DNA from: Mobula hypostoma
Taxonomy: Eukaryota
Direction of reading: 5' to 3'
Length of the DNA stretch: 64,000 bases
Assembly (NCBI RefSeq): GCF_963921235.1
Contig: NC_086108.1
Span: forward strand, 17,980,001-18,044,000
Below are positions 48,511 to 61,476 of the stretch, piece after piece. The translations under genes were made by a program, and so were the position numbers. Below the pieces are notes generated by a model. That model ran no database searches. It was not told where the DNA came from and worked only from the letters and a program-made list of their open reading frames with translations. Positions within the stretch are counted from its first letter, which is position 1, and the number at the start of each line of letters is the position of its first letter.

Positions 48511-48851
48511 CCTCGCCAAGTGTGTGCCTTCAGTAGGTGTAGTGGTGTTGACAGGTTGGGGTGTGTAGTTCAATATTATTGTTGTGAGCATACCTACCCT
48601 GGGTGAAAAAAATGCATTGAAAATTGGCTTTTGCAGCAGTAGCAGCACAGTCTATTATAAGGACATGGAAGTCAACATAAACTTAAATTAACATAAAATA
48701 TATATCTGACACAACAAAATAAATAGGGTGACATTTGTGCAAACTTGACACAGAGAAAAAGTATTGTCCAAGGTAGAATTAAGGATTTTCAGTTCTGTTC
48801 AGGAGCCTGACGGTACTTGGGAAGTAGCAGTTTTCAAATCTAGTGTCATGG

Positions 48852-51170
48852 AGTCATAGAAAAGCACAGCACAGAAACAGGCCCTTCAGCCCATCTAGTC
48901 CATGCCAAACCACTTAAACTGCCTACTCTCATCGACCTGCACCGGGACCATAACCCTCCATACCCCTACCATCCATGTACCTATTCAAACTTCTCAAACA
49001 TTGAAATCGAACTCGCATATGTCACTTGCGCTGGCAGCTCATTCCACACTCCCTCAAACCTGAGTGAAAGAAGTTTCCCTTCATATTCCCCTTAAACTTT
49101 TCTCCTTTCACCCTTAACCCATGACCTCTAGTTGTAGTCTCACCCAAGCTCAGTGGAAAATGCCTGTTTGCATTTATCCTACCTATACCCCTCATAATTT
49201 CGTATAGCTCGATCAAATCTGCTCTCACTTCTACATGCCAAGGAATAAAATCATTCAATCATTCCTTATAACTCAGGTCCTCCACTCCCAGCATCATCCT
49301 TGTAAATTTTCTCTGTATCTTTCAGCCTTACTTACATCTTTCTTGAAGGTAGGTGACCAAAACTCCAAATTTCACCTCACCAACATCTTATTGGACTTCA
49401 ACATAACATCCCACCTCCTGTACTCAATACTTTAATTAACGAAGGCCAGTGTGCCAAAAACTTTACCTGTGCTGCCACTGTCAATGAATTATGGGCCTGT
49501 ATTCCCGGATCCCTTTGTTCCACCACTCTCCTCTGTGCCCTACCGTTCACTGTGTATGAGATATCCTGGTAGGTCCTATCAAAGTGTAACACCTTGTCTG
49601 CATTAAATTCCATCTGCCATTTTTCAGCCCATTTTTTCTAGCCTGTACACAAGCTGGCCTTTCTTCAGTTTAGAATCTCATCCCGTGGACCAGATCTATC
49701 ATTTTCCATATTTACCTTGAAACTAATGGTGTTATAATCACAAGATGCAAAGTGTTCCCTTATACAAACTTCTGTCACTTGCCTTGTGTCATTCCCTAAT
49801 GGCAGATCAGGTATTGTGAACTCTCCCACTGGGACTTCTATGTACTGATTAAGGAAACTTTTCTGAACATAGTTGACAAACTCTATCCCATTTCGTCCTT
49901 TTATAGTATGGGATTCCCAGTCAATATGTGGACAGTCTAAATCACCAACTACAATAACCTTATATTTCTTGCAACAGTCTGTGATCTCTCAACAAATTTG
50001 GTCCTCTAAATAGACTGTTGTGTGGTCTATTATATAGCCCCATTAATGTGGTCATACCTTGCTTATCCCTCATAAAGTTCTACTCATAAAGCCTCACTAG
50101 ACAAGTTCTCCAGTCTGTCCTGACTGAGCACTGCCTTGGCATTTTCCGCGATTAGTAACGCCACCCCTCCCCCTTTAATCCTTCCCGCTCTGTCATGTCT
50201 AAAACAACAGACCCCCGGAATATTGAGCTGCCAGTCCTGCCCTTCCTGCAACCAAATCTCACTTATGGCTACAAAATTATAATTCCATATGTTGACCATG
50301 CCCCAAGCTCATCTGCTTTTCCTACAATACTTCTTGCATTGAAATATACAAAGCTCAGGACATTAGTTGCACCATGATCAACCTTTTGATTCCTGACTTT
50401 GTCTGAGGTCGTTACAACCGCTGTCTCCACAACCCCTCCACTCACTGTTCTGGCATTCTGGTTCCCATCCCCCTGCAACTCTTGTTTAAAACTCAGCAAT
50501 CACACTTAGCAATCACACTCAGCAATAAAACTTAGCAATCACAAACCTTCCCGCTAAGATATTAGTCCCCCGCCAGTTCAGATGCAAACAGACCTCTGGC
50601 TGCTTACCCTTCCTCTTAAGAATGCTGAGGATTCAATCCATGATGTCCTCGACTCTGGCAACCAGGAGGCAATGTACCATCCGGGAATCTCAATCTTGCC
50701 AACAGAACCTCCTGTCCGTCCCCCTAACTAATGAATCCACTATCACCACAGCGTGCTTCTTTCCCCCCCTGCTCTTCTGAGTCTCAGAGCTGGATACTTT
50801 ACTGTTGTGATTTTCCTCTGCTCGGTCATTTCCACTCCCCCCCCACCCCCAACATTATCCAAAATGGTACACCAATTGTTAAGTTGGATGCCCACAGGGT
50901 GCTCCACTGGCTATTTAATGGCTTTCCCCTTCCTGACTATCACCAAGTTTCCTGCTTCCTGCACCTTGGACGTAACTACCTCTCTATATGTCCTATCTGT
51001 CACTCTTTTACCTTCCTGAATGACCTGGAGTTCATCCAATTCCAGCTCCAACTCCTTAACATGGAGTATTAGAAGCTGCAGTTGGATGCTCTTCTTACAG
51101 GTGCCTTCATCCCTGCCTTCCCACATCCTGCAAGAGGAGCATTCAACAATCTGCCTGACATCCCTACTTT
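48852..51170 (-). mobile_element. CR1 with ORF1 and endonuclease remnants but most of the RT deleted
   Basis: VECSSCRMWE...ELELELDEL (ORF1), YFNARSIVGKADEL and ISEIWL. A junction near 49645 joins the linker directly to the WQMEFN region. Confidence 0.85.
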
Positions 51171-51224
51171 TCCAACTGTGCAAATATAAAAAATGAAAAA
51201 AATAAATAAACTGTTGGGGAAAAT

Positions 51225-52640
51225 GCATTGTCTCAGACTTATCTTTATTAAAATTCATCTGACGCTCCTCGGCCTATTTCCCAAACTGATCTAGGTCCCC
51301 TTCTAATCTACATAACCTGCTTCACTATTAACAACACCTCATAATTTCATGTTACCCGCAAATTCATTGATCAAGCATTGTCCATTTGCATTCAAAGTAT
51401 TATATAAATAAAAAATACTAAGGGCTCCAACTCTGGCATCTGAGGCACATCAGAATGGCCTCCATTCTGATAAACAACCTTCAAACACCATCCTCTGCAT
51501 CCTGCCACCAGGCCAATTTTGTATCTACTTAAGTACCTCTCTTGGATTCCATGGGACCTAACCTTCCAGACCAAGCAACCATGCTAGACATTGTCAAAGG
51601 CTTTGCTAAAATCCAGATAGACAACATCCACTGCCCTCCCCTCATCTACCTTTATGGTTACGTCTTCAAAAAACTCTAAAAGATTCATCAAGCATGACTT
51701 TCCATCCACAAAGCCATGCTGACTCCTCCTAACCAGTCTGCCTATCCAAATGCTCATAGATCGTGTCCTTCAAAATTCTCTTCAGTAACTTCCCCACTAC
51801 TGATTTCAGGCTGACAGGCCTACAGTTCTTTGGCTTGTCCTTGCTACCTTTTTTTTAAACTATGGAACAACACCAGCCACAATTCACTCTTCGGAAACTT
51901 CAGTGGTGGCTAATGATGAAGCAAGTATCTCCGTAAAGGCCTCCGTGATTTCCTCTCTAGCTTCCCACAAAGTCTGAGGATGTACTCAATCAGGGCCTGG
52001 GGATTTATCGACCTTGATGTGCTGTAAGGCTGCAAATACATACCTCGTCTTGGCTATATCAATGTCCTCCAAAATATCTGCAGTTGTTTCCCTTGTGTTT
52101 TGAGCAATTATGATTTTCTTCTCATATACACTGAGGAGAGCTATTCATTAAAAATCTCACCCATCTTCTGTCTTCTATGGCTCGAACGGGATCTACTCTC
52201 TCCGTCACCATACTTTTACTCTTATGGAACTTCTTGGGATTTTCCTTAACCTTACCTGCCAGATCTTTTTTTTTTTGCTCTCCTTATTTTCCTCTTAAGA
52301 GTATTCTTAATTTTTTTCATAGTCAGCAAGAAATTCACTTGATCCTGGCCTCCTAAACCCAATGCATGCTTGCTTCTTTTTGATCAGAACTTCAATAACT
52401 CTCATCAGTCAACCTTCCCTAAACTTCCAAATTTACCCTTCACCCTAACTGGAACATGCTGCTCCTGGACACTTGCTATCACACTCACAAAAGCTTCCCA
52501 CTTCCCATTCCTTCCTTTTCCATCAAACAATCTCACTCACCCAATCTTCCTCTGTTGGATTCTGTCAAATTCACACAAAAATTGGCCTGCTCTAGTTTAG
52601 GACTCTAACCCGTGGACCTGCCCTATCCTCTTCCATCTTG
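51225..52640 (-). mobile_element. Older CR1 middle segment (linker to RT core)
   Basis: KVDKSPGPD, RPVSLKSVVGKL, HGFVDGKSCL and DFSKAFD remnants. Confidence 0.85.
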
Positions 52641-52654
52641 CTCTTCATGCTCTT

Positions 52655-53370
52655 GTACATCTACCCGGTGGCAGCTCTAAGAGGGCATGTCTCTGGGGCT
52701 CCTTGAAGGTAGATGGTGCCTTCCCGAGACATCGGCTCTTGTAGATGTTCTTGATCACGGGGGAGTTCTAGCTGTGATGAAACTGGCTGAACACACCACA
52801 CTCTGTAGCCTCTCACATTCCTGTGCGTTGGAGTTTCCATACCATTCAATGATGCACCTAATCAGAATGTTTTCTACTGTACACTTGTGGATTCTTCAAA
52901 GACATGCTGAATCTTAAACTTCTAACATATTAGAGATGCTGGTGTGCCTTCTTCATGGTTGCATTTATGTGCTGGGACCAAGGTAGTTCCTTTAAGATGT
53001 TGACACCTTGGTACTTAAAGCTTTTCATCCATTTCACTGCTAGCCCTTCAATGAGTACTGGTGCATATTTCCTGAATTCTCCTTTGTACAGTCCACAATC
53101 ATTTCCTTGGTTTTGCTGATGTAGAGTGCAATGACATTGTTGCAACACCACTCAACCAGCTGACCTATCAAACTTATATGCCTTCTTGTCATCATCTGTG
53201 ATTCTACAATAACAGAGGTGTCATCAGTGAATCTGTAGCTGGCACTAGAGTTGTGCACAGCTATACTGTTGTAGGTGTAAAGAGAACAGAGCGGTAGGCT
53301 AAGCACACAACCTCTTGTGTAGGTGTACCTGTGTTGTTTCATCTGCACTCTTTGTAGTCACTCAGTGAGA
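52655..53370 (-). mobile_element. Degenerate Rex1/Babar fragment
   Basis: GCVLS, YRFTDDT, SKTKEMIVD and KKAHQHL remnants. Confidence 0.8.
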
Positions 53371-53924
53371 AAGGTAATTGGGTGGATTTTGCTCAAAGCA
53401 GGTGAGCTTCTTGAGGAGATACCAGACTAAAACCATTATCAGCCACTGGTATCCAAGTTTTCATCAGGACTGGGTGAAACCTGGTTGAAACCCAGCTCAG
53501 ACACAGCCTTAGAAAAGCTTCTACTGTGTTTTTTTAGAAAGGGATAGATATTTTCAGAGTTATTTTTCTCGATTATGAACCTTCTAGATCAATATTTGAG
53601 TAGGAATGATACTATTTCCCATTCAGAAACAGGAACTGGGAACTTAGATCCACTCAGGTAAAATGATCAAGAAATTATACAGCTACTTTAAGTTAATGGG
53701 CGCTAAATCCCGAGACAGTCAGTGAACTGTAATAAACTGGAAATCAACACTTATGTTTGAGTTAATACGGACAATACAATTGGATCAACGAACAATTTAA
53801 CTTAAGAAAAATGTTTACAGTTGCTACTTAGCGACCCCACAACCAAAATCAATTTTATTTGTTTTCAATACTTTCGATAATGAAAAGCAACTTTCAGCAC
53901 TGATATCACTTTAATGGCAAGGCC

Positions 53925-54115
53925 AGAGGGGTTAGATACAGAGTAAGGCACTCTCTGAACTTCCAACACACTCTGCCAGGGCTGTCATACACTCCCAGGG
54001 CAGGGACAGAGGGTTAGATATAGTGTAGAGCTCCCTGTACTTTATGTCATACACAAATTAAATGAAAAGGAAATGGGCTCTGTACCCTGACTCGTCAAAC
54101 ATTCCCAGGGCAGGC
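53925..54115. repeat. Dispersed minisatellite related to 23300-23500
   Basis: GGGTTAGATACAGAGTAAGG / GGGTTAGATATAGTGTAGAGCTCCC and CACTCCCAGGGCAGG blocks recur. Confidence 0.6.
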
Positions 54116-54979
54116 CTGATACACACCACGGCCGAAGGCACAAGTTGCTGCCTCAACTCCTCATAAAGATGACAGATTTATCCCAAAGTGAAAAACCACA
54201 AGCCTTTGAAGGTGAGCTGGCAGATGTTAAAGTTTATAGTACCATCTCACAATGAAGATATTTACAGTGACAGGGCTTTCCCCTGGCCATTCCATAGAAC
54301 TGTGCTGTGTGTTTATTGGCCCAGTGCAGTTGTTTAAACTTTATTAGACATGACTTGTAAAGCCTTTATGAGTATATTACTCAACTAAGATGTGTTTCTC
54401 AGATAACTGATGTTTCTAGTCTGCCACTTTCTTGAGAATGCTAGGTTGAGCTTGGTTCATCAGTTGAATAGAATGGGAGGTGACCAGCCCCAAGTAGGCT
54501 GGGAATTCAAGGTGCAAAAACAAGACAGGACAAGGAAGAGGAAGGGGGTGGGGAGGGAGGGAAAGAGGGGGGAGAGAGGGGGGGGGGTGGATAGAGTGAG
54601 AGGGGGAGAGAGAGAGAGAGAGAAAGGCTATGAAATATAGAAGGAGTTAGCCTGCTTGCTTTCTCATTTCTATGAATGTTTTTTATTGTTTTCTGTTTGT
54701 TTAGTAACATTCACCAACTCATTATCCATTTCTCTGTTTGAATTATAATGAATATAGCAGTAACTTTTGACATTACACTCCTCCATAAAACAATCCTTGC
54801 ACTGTTGTAGATGAGGTTGTTTTTCCCTTCATCCACTTGCTCAAGTTGGTCTTTGATGCCTGACCCCCATCCCAATGTGCCCTCCAACATACCAGTCAGC
54901 ATCTTTCCTTCCTCTTTGTTCACTTTGACTCCGTTTGGTGTATAAGCAGGTTTTGTTATCTGGTTGGACTACTTCACAT

Positions 54980-55132
54980 GTCAACATTTCAGACCCTTCA
55001 TCAGGAAGAAGGATCTCAGCCTGAAATGTCAAATGTTTACTCTTTTCCATAGATGCTGCCTGGTCTGCTGCGTTCCTCTAGTATTTGCGTGTGTTGCTTA
55101 GGTTTCCAGCATCTGCAGATTTCCTCTTCTTT
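54980..55132 (+). mobile_element. Penelope pLTR mini-element with inversion at the hammerhead
   Basis: GTCAACATTTCAGACCCTTCATCAGGA abuts AGAAGGATCTCAGCCTGAAATGTC, followed by the pLTR 3' end TTCCAGCATCTGCAGATTT. Confidence 0.7.
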
Positions 55133-55482
55133 GTGATTGGATTACTTTACACGTGCTTGGTTTTCCCTGGCCTCTGCAAGACATCTCCTTTTCAGCCTCA
55201 TTTCTCCGGTGCTACCTATCTCCACTTCTAACACCTTGGTCTGGGCATGGTATACATACAATCTCCTGGTATTATCACTGTTAAGCTGTTGATGTTGCAT
55301 TCTGCCTTTTCCCATTCTCAGAGCCAGAAACTCTGAGACCATGCTCTCAAGCCCACTCTACCTGTCAATCACCCATTTACAACAACTGTACAGTAAAGCT
55401 AAACTCTTGTACTCATAATCTACCTCATCACTTCCCTTATAGTCTGCCTGCACTGGATTCTCCCTGTAACTGTAACAGTATA

Positions 55483-56007
55483 CACTCAGTGGCCACTTTA
55501 TTAGGTACACCTATACACCAGCTTATTAGTGCAAATATCAAATCAGCAACTCAATGCATAAAAGCGTGCAGGCATGGTCAAACGGTTCAGTGGTTGTTCA
55601 GCCCAAACATTGGATTGGGGAAGAAATGTAATCTAAATAACATGAAATAATTGTAGGTGTCTGACGGGGTGGTTTGAATATCTCAAAAAACTGCTAATCT
55701 CCTGTGACTTTCACACACAACAGACTCTAGAGTTTACAGAGAATGGTGCAAAAAATGAAAAAAACATTCAGTGAGTGGCAGTTCTGTGGGAGAAAACACT
55801 TTGTTAATGAGAGAGGTCAGAGGAAAATGGTCAGACTGTTTCAAGCTGACAGGAAGATAACAGAAACTCAAATAACCACACTTTACAACAGTGACGTGCA
55901 GAAGAGCATCTCTGAACACACAACACATCAAACCTTGAAGTGGATGGGCTACAGCTGCAGGAGACCACAAACATACACTCAGTGGCCACTTTATTGGGTA
56001 AAGGAGG
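55483..56007 (+). mobile_element. Truncated Tc1-like element (transposase DNA-binding region only)
   Basis: Starts TA-CACTCAGTGGCCACTTTATTAGGTA. Encodes GRKHFVNERGQRKMVRL.QADRK.T.TQI...SISEHT.HQTLKWMGY..RRP (Tc1 second HTH region). Confidence 0.8.
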
Positions 56008-56439
56008 TTATCGATTTTCCCTTTGTACTTATGTTTCAAAATGATCTGTATGGATGGCATGCAAACAAAGTTTTTAACTCTATATGTGATTATTATTAGC
56101 CAATTATACTGATGAATGACAATAAACAATCTTGAATCTTGAATTACCAAATCTATCCTAATTCCATTTTATTCCTGATGATGGAATGTATAATCCTAGA
56201 GGGAATGCATGTAAAGTGAGAGAGGGGAAGATCAAAGGAGATATTCAGGGCGTTTTTTTACATAGGGCATGGAATGCCTGGACTGCACTGCCAGACGTGG
56301 TGCAGGAGGCAGGTATGACAGAAGTGCTTGAGAGGCTCTTGGTCTGGCACCTGAACATATGGAGAATGGAGGGGTAAGGATTTTGTATTGACAGAATGGA
56401 ATTGTTTAATTAGCAGTTTAGTTCATCATACCTGATAAT

Positions 56440-56600
56440 TAGGGTTCTCCACATGACCTCATGGGGTTCCTCTGGCTGCTCTGGTTCCCTCCCACATTCC
56501 AAAGATGAATGGCTTAGTGGGTTAATTGGTCCCATGGGTTTAATTGGACGATGCAGGCTCAAGTGGTTGTAAGAGCCTGTTACCATCATGTACATCTAAA
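56440..56600 (+). mobile_element. V-SINE fragment
   Basis: GGCTGCTCTGGTTCCCTCCCACATTCCAAAGA...GGTTAATTGGTC. Confidence 0.6.
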
Positions 56601-57272
56601 CATTGATACCATTGTAGGTTGAAGGGCCTGCTCCTGTCCTGTACTGTGCTATTTTCATAAACTCTCTCCAATCCCATCATCCACACTCCAGAGTTTACCA
56701 CTCAGCTGTATACTAGGGGCAATTTGCAGCTGCCAACTAACCATGTCTTTCGTTCCTCTTGCCCTGTCTTCCTGCTGCACCTTAAATTCTCTCTCTATTT
56801 GGGCCTGTTCGAAACCATTTCCATTCAATTATAAACCAACCTCAGCTCAGCATTCCAAGGAAAGTTGCAAACTCCAGGTATGGAGAGACACTTTGTTGAT
56901 TATTATACTCAAATCATGCAGTCACATGAGAACATGCAAATTCCACACAGACAGGACCAGGGAGCACTGGACCTGTGAGACAGCAGCTCCACCAGCATTC
57001 TAAATAGCCATGGCAGATTAATGGTGTCTCACCCTCATCTACCAATTGGCACCTTGACACTCCTTGGAACTATCCTGAAGAGCCAGTTTGCTCTCTGTTC
57101 AGATCCTTGACTGAGGCTTGAGAAAATGGTGCCCACCAATGAGTCAAGCTTTGAATTTTGATTAGTAATGTGGGGTGTGGTCGTGAAAAGTTACCAGGAC
57201 AGCCATGATTGTGGAGCAGGTTAGAAGGGCTGAATGCTTTTTCCAGCTTTCATTTCACATCTTTCTAAGCAG

Positions 57273-57549
57273 TGTTACGTACCCCGTAATTGGGTTGCCA
57301 AACCAGCAGAAATGGACCTCGCAGTTGGAGTCTGGATTACTGGAACTAAGAAAGTTTTATTAAAAAAATAAGCAACACAGTACTCTAATAGTAAGGATAT
57401 AAATGCAACAGGTTAGCAATGAATAAACACACATGTACACAGAACTAGGATAATAGGATCAATCAAGCTCTATCGTCGTCCAGGGGTAAATGACCAGTTT
57501 CAAAGTGACAGTGTTCAGTTTAGTTCAGTTCGCAGTAATCGCCGGCGCC

Positions 57550-57595
<46 letters not shown>

Positions 57596-58193
57596 ATGAA
57601 TATTCAAATCGGATTCCAAACAGACCTTCGATATTCCTCACAGTCAGCTTTCCGGCGAGCCCTTTGTAATGTCTTCTGAGGTCACCGACTGTAACCCCTC
57701 CGTTTCAGATACGATCGTTCCTCTGCAGTGAACCTGGCACCCAGGCAAGGGCGGACACACACCAGGTTCCCGCCGATCGTACCTTTCCACCCTGTGCGTC
57801 TATGGCTTGGTCCCGCGACCAGCCCCCCAAAACTCCCACCGACTTGTGGGAGGTGCACCGCTTCCAGGGTCTCATTACCTCGTGGTCTCGTGTGTGTCCT
57901 GCCTTAGCGAACCTGTCCCTTTTTATCCCCCTGCTGGGGTATCGCCTGTCCATCACACTTCAAACAGTTCAGGGTTCAAACAGGAGCCGATCTTGACAGT
58001 TCTCAGACAGGTGTCTCCTTCCGTTAAACTCTCTCGTCTCTTCATTAACATTTCCAAATCCTGCTCCATTGTCTTCCTTATCTCTCTTTCTCCTGAAGAC
58101 AGGTGGCAGATCAACTGTTGATCCCACTGGTGCCAGCACAGGACAGTTAACATCTTAATCTATGTGTACTTTTTGTAACCCTCTTTCGTCACA
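57273..58193 (-). mobile_element. Solo LTR, 921 bp (Gypsy-like by its 4-bp TSD)
   Basis: TGTTACG...CGTCACA termini; TSD GCAG (57269-57272 and 58194-58197). Minus-strand AATAAA near 57356-57361 and a TATA-like GATAAAAAG near 57920. Internal (GA)n at 57552-57592. Confidence 0.85.
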
Positions 58194-58777
58194 GCAGGTA
58201 CTTTGAATTGTCAAAATCAAAACTTAGAAGTGTTAACAGCTTTGTGCGGATAGATTGTTTAGGAATGTACTCTTCTTGTGTTGCTTCTTGAAGCCTTGCT
58301 TGCTCCCAGATGTACACGGCTCTGTGGTCTGTTATACCTATACCAAAGTTGGATGAAAGCCTTCCAGGTGTTGAATTTCAAGGTCAGGGAGCCTTGTTAC
58401 AGCTGTGTAAATCTAGCTCTCAATTCTCCAAACCTGGGTAAAAGAGTTCACTGGGATTTTTCCTAGACTGGAGTGAATTAGCTATCTGGAGAGATTGGAC
58501 ACACTTGGACTGTTTTCTCTGGAGCACTGGAGGCTGATAGAAGTTTATAAAATTACGTGTGTGTAGAAAGTCAGAGTCTTTTACCTCAAGTGGAATGTCA
58601 AATACTAGAGGATATAACTTGGGAGGAAAGTTTGAAAGGGAATATGAAGCAAGCTGTTTTACAGGGTAATGGAATGTGTTGTCAGGGAAGGTGCTGGAAT
58701 CAGACATAGAGCAACACCTAAGAGACATTTAGACAGGCATATGATCAGGTAGGAGATGGAGGAATTTAGATCATGAT

Positions 58778-61476
58778 CATGGAGCAGATTGGGAGGCAGA
58801 TTTTGGAAAGGTGCAAAAATAACAGGGTTGTTATCATGGGTGACTTTAACTTCCCTAATATTGATTGGCACCTGATTAGTTCCAAAGGTTTGGACGGGGC
58901 AGAGTTTGTTAAGTGTGTCCCAGGATGGATTCCTGTCACAGTATGTTGACAGGTCGACTAGGGAGAATGCCATACTAGATCTAGTATTAGATAACGAACT
59001 GGGTCAGGTCACAGATCTCTCAGAGGGTGAGCATCTGGGGGACAGTGACCATCATTCCCTGACCTTCAGCATTATCATGGAAAAGGATAGAATCAAAGAG
59101 GACAGGAAAAGTTTTAATTGGGGAAGGGCAAATTATGAGGCTAGAACTTGTGGGTATGAATTGTGGTGATGATGTTTTTGCAGGGAAATATACTATGGAC
59201 GTGTGGTCAATGTTTAGAAATCTCTTGCAAGATGTTAGGGATAAATTTGTACGGGTGAGGAAGGTAAGGAATGGTAGGGTGAAGGAACCATGGGTGAAAA
59301 GTGAGGTGGAAAATTTAGTCAGGTGGAAGACGGCAGCATACATGAGGTTTAGGAAGCAAGGATCAGATGGGTCTATTGAGAATATAGGGTGGCAAGAAAG
59401 GAGCTTAAGAAGGGGCTGAGAAGAGCAAGAAGGGGGCATGAGAAGGCCTTGGCGAGTAGGGTAAAGGAAAACCCCAAGGCATTCTTCAATTATGTGAAGA
59501 ACAAAATGATGACAGGAGTGAAGGTAGGACCGATTAGAGATAAAGGTGGGAAGATGTGCCTGGAGGCTGTGGAAGTGAGCGAGGTCCTCAATGAATACTT
59601 CTCTTCAGTATTCACCAATGAGAGGGAACTTGATGATGGTGAGGACAATATAGATAGATAGACAGATATACTTTATTGATCCCGAGGGAAATTGGGTTTC
59701 ATTACAGCTGCACCAACCAAAAATAGAGCATAAATATAGCAAATCAAAAACCACAAACAATCAAACAACAATATGCAAACTATGCCAGATGGAAATGAGT
59801 CCAGGACAAGCCTATTGGCTCAGGGTCTCTGATCCTCCACGGGAGGAGCTGCATGAGTGAGGTTGCTGTTCTGGAGCATGTTGATATTAAGGGAGAGGAG
59901 GTGTTGGAGTTGTTAAAATACATTAGGACAGATAAGTCCCTGGGGCCTGATGGAATATTCCCCAGGCTGCTCCAGAAGGCAAGGGAAGAGATTGCTGAGC
60001 CTCTGGCTAGGATTTTCATGTCTTCGTTGTCTACGGGACTGGTACCGGAGGATTGGAGAGAGGCTAATGTTGTCCCCTTGTTCAAAAAAGGTAGTAGGGA
60101 TAGTCCGGGTAATTATAGACCAGTGACCCTTATGTCTGTGGTGGGAAAGCTGTTGGAAAAGATTCTTAGAGATAGGATCTATGGGCACTTAGAGAATCAT
60201 GGTCTGATCAGGGACAGTCAGCATGGCTTTGTGAAGGGCAGATAGTGTCTAACAAGCCTGATAGAGTTCTTTGGGGAGGTGTCGAGGCATATGGATGAGG
60301 GTAGTGCAGTGGATGTGATCTATATGGATTTTAGTAAGGCACTTGACAAGGTTCCACACGGTAGGCTTATTCAGAAAGTCAGAAAGCATGGGAACCAGGG
60401 AGGTTTGACCAGATGGATTCAGAATTGGCTTGCCTGCAGAAGGCAGAGGGTCATGGTGGAGGGAGTACATTTGGATTGGAGGGTTGTGACTAGTGGTGTC
60501 CCACAAGGATCGGTTCTGGGACCTCTACTTTTTGTGATTTTTATTAATGACCTGGATGTTGGGGTAGAAGGGTCGGTTGGCAAGTTTGCAGATGACAGAA
60601 AGGTTGGTGGCGTTGTGGATAGCGTAGAGGATTGTCAAAGGTTGCAGAGAGACATTGATAGGTTGCAGAAGTGGGCTGAGAAGTGGCAGATGGAGTTCAA
60701 CCTGGAGAAGTGTGAGGTGGTACACTTTGGAAGGACAAACTCCAAGGCAGAGTACAAATTAAATGGCAGAATACTTGGTAGTGTGGAGGAACAGAGGGAT
60801 CTGGGTGTACATGTCCACAGAATCCTGAAAGTTACCTCACAGGTAGATAGGGTAGTTAAGAATGCTTATGGGGTGTTAGCTTTCATAAGTTGAGGGATAG
60901 AGTTTAAGAGTCGCAAGGTAGTGATGCAGCTCTATAAAACTCTGGTTAGGCCACACTTGGAGTACTGTGTCCACTTCTGGTCACCTCACTATAGGAAGGA
61001 TGTGGAAGCATTGGAAAGGGTACAGGGGAGATTTACCAGGATGCTGCCTGGTTTAGAGAGTATGGATTATCATCAGAGATTAAGGGAGCTAGGGCTTTGC
61101 TCTTTGGAGAGAAGGAGGATGAGAGGAGACATGACAGAGGTATACAAAATACTAAGAGGAATAGATAGAGTGGATAGCCAGCGCCCCTTCCCCAGGGTAC
61201 CACTGCTCAATACAAGAGGACATGGCTTTAAGGTGGGAAGTTCAAGGGGGATATTAGAGGAAGGTTTTTTACTCAGAGAGTGGTTGGTGCATGGAATGCA
61301 CTGCCTGAGTCAGTGGTGGAGGCAGATACACTAGTGAAATTTAAGAGACTACTAGACAGGTATATGGAGGAATTTAAGGTGGCGGGTTATATGGAAGGCA
61401 GGGTTTGAGGATCTGCACAACAATGTGGGCTGAAGGGCCTGTACTGTGCTGTACTATTCTATGTTCTTTCTATTCT
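58778..61476 (+). mobile_element. 5'-truncated CR1 (endonuclease C-terminus through RT to tail); same subfamily as 3170-4622
   Basis: MGDFNFP, ILDLVL, SDHHSL, NYRPVTL, GVPQGSVLG and FADDRK motifs, with several stops and frameshifts. Confidence 0.95.
59650..59851 (-). mobile_element. Rex1/Babar 3' tail inserted in the CR1
   Basis: (AGAT)n-ATACTTTATTGATCCCGAGGGAAATTGG...AGCCTATTGGCTCAGGGT is homologous to 37538-37710. Removing it restores CR1 GEDN|MSEV. Confidence 0.85.

Noticed and set aside
53820..53835. RFX X-box-like imperfect palindrome GTTGCTACTTAGCGAC
   Set aside because: A single imperfect motif with no supporting promoter context.
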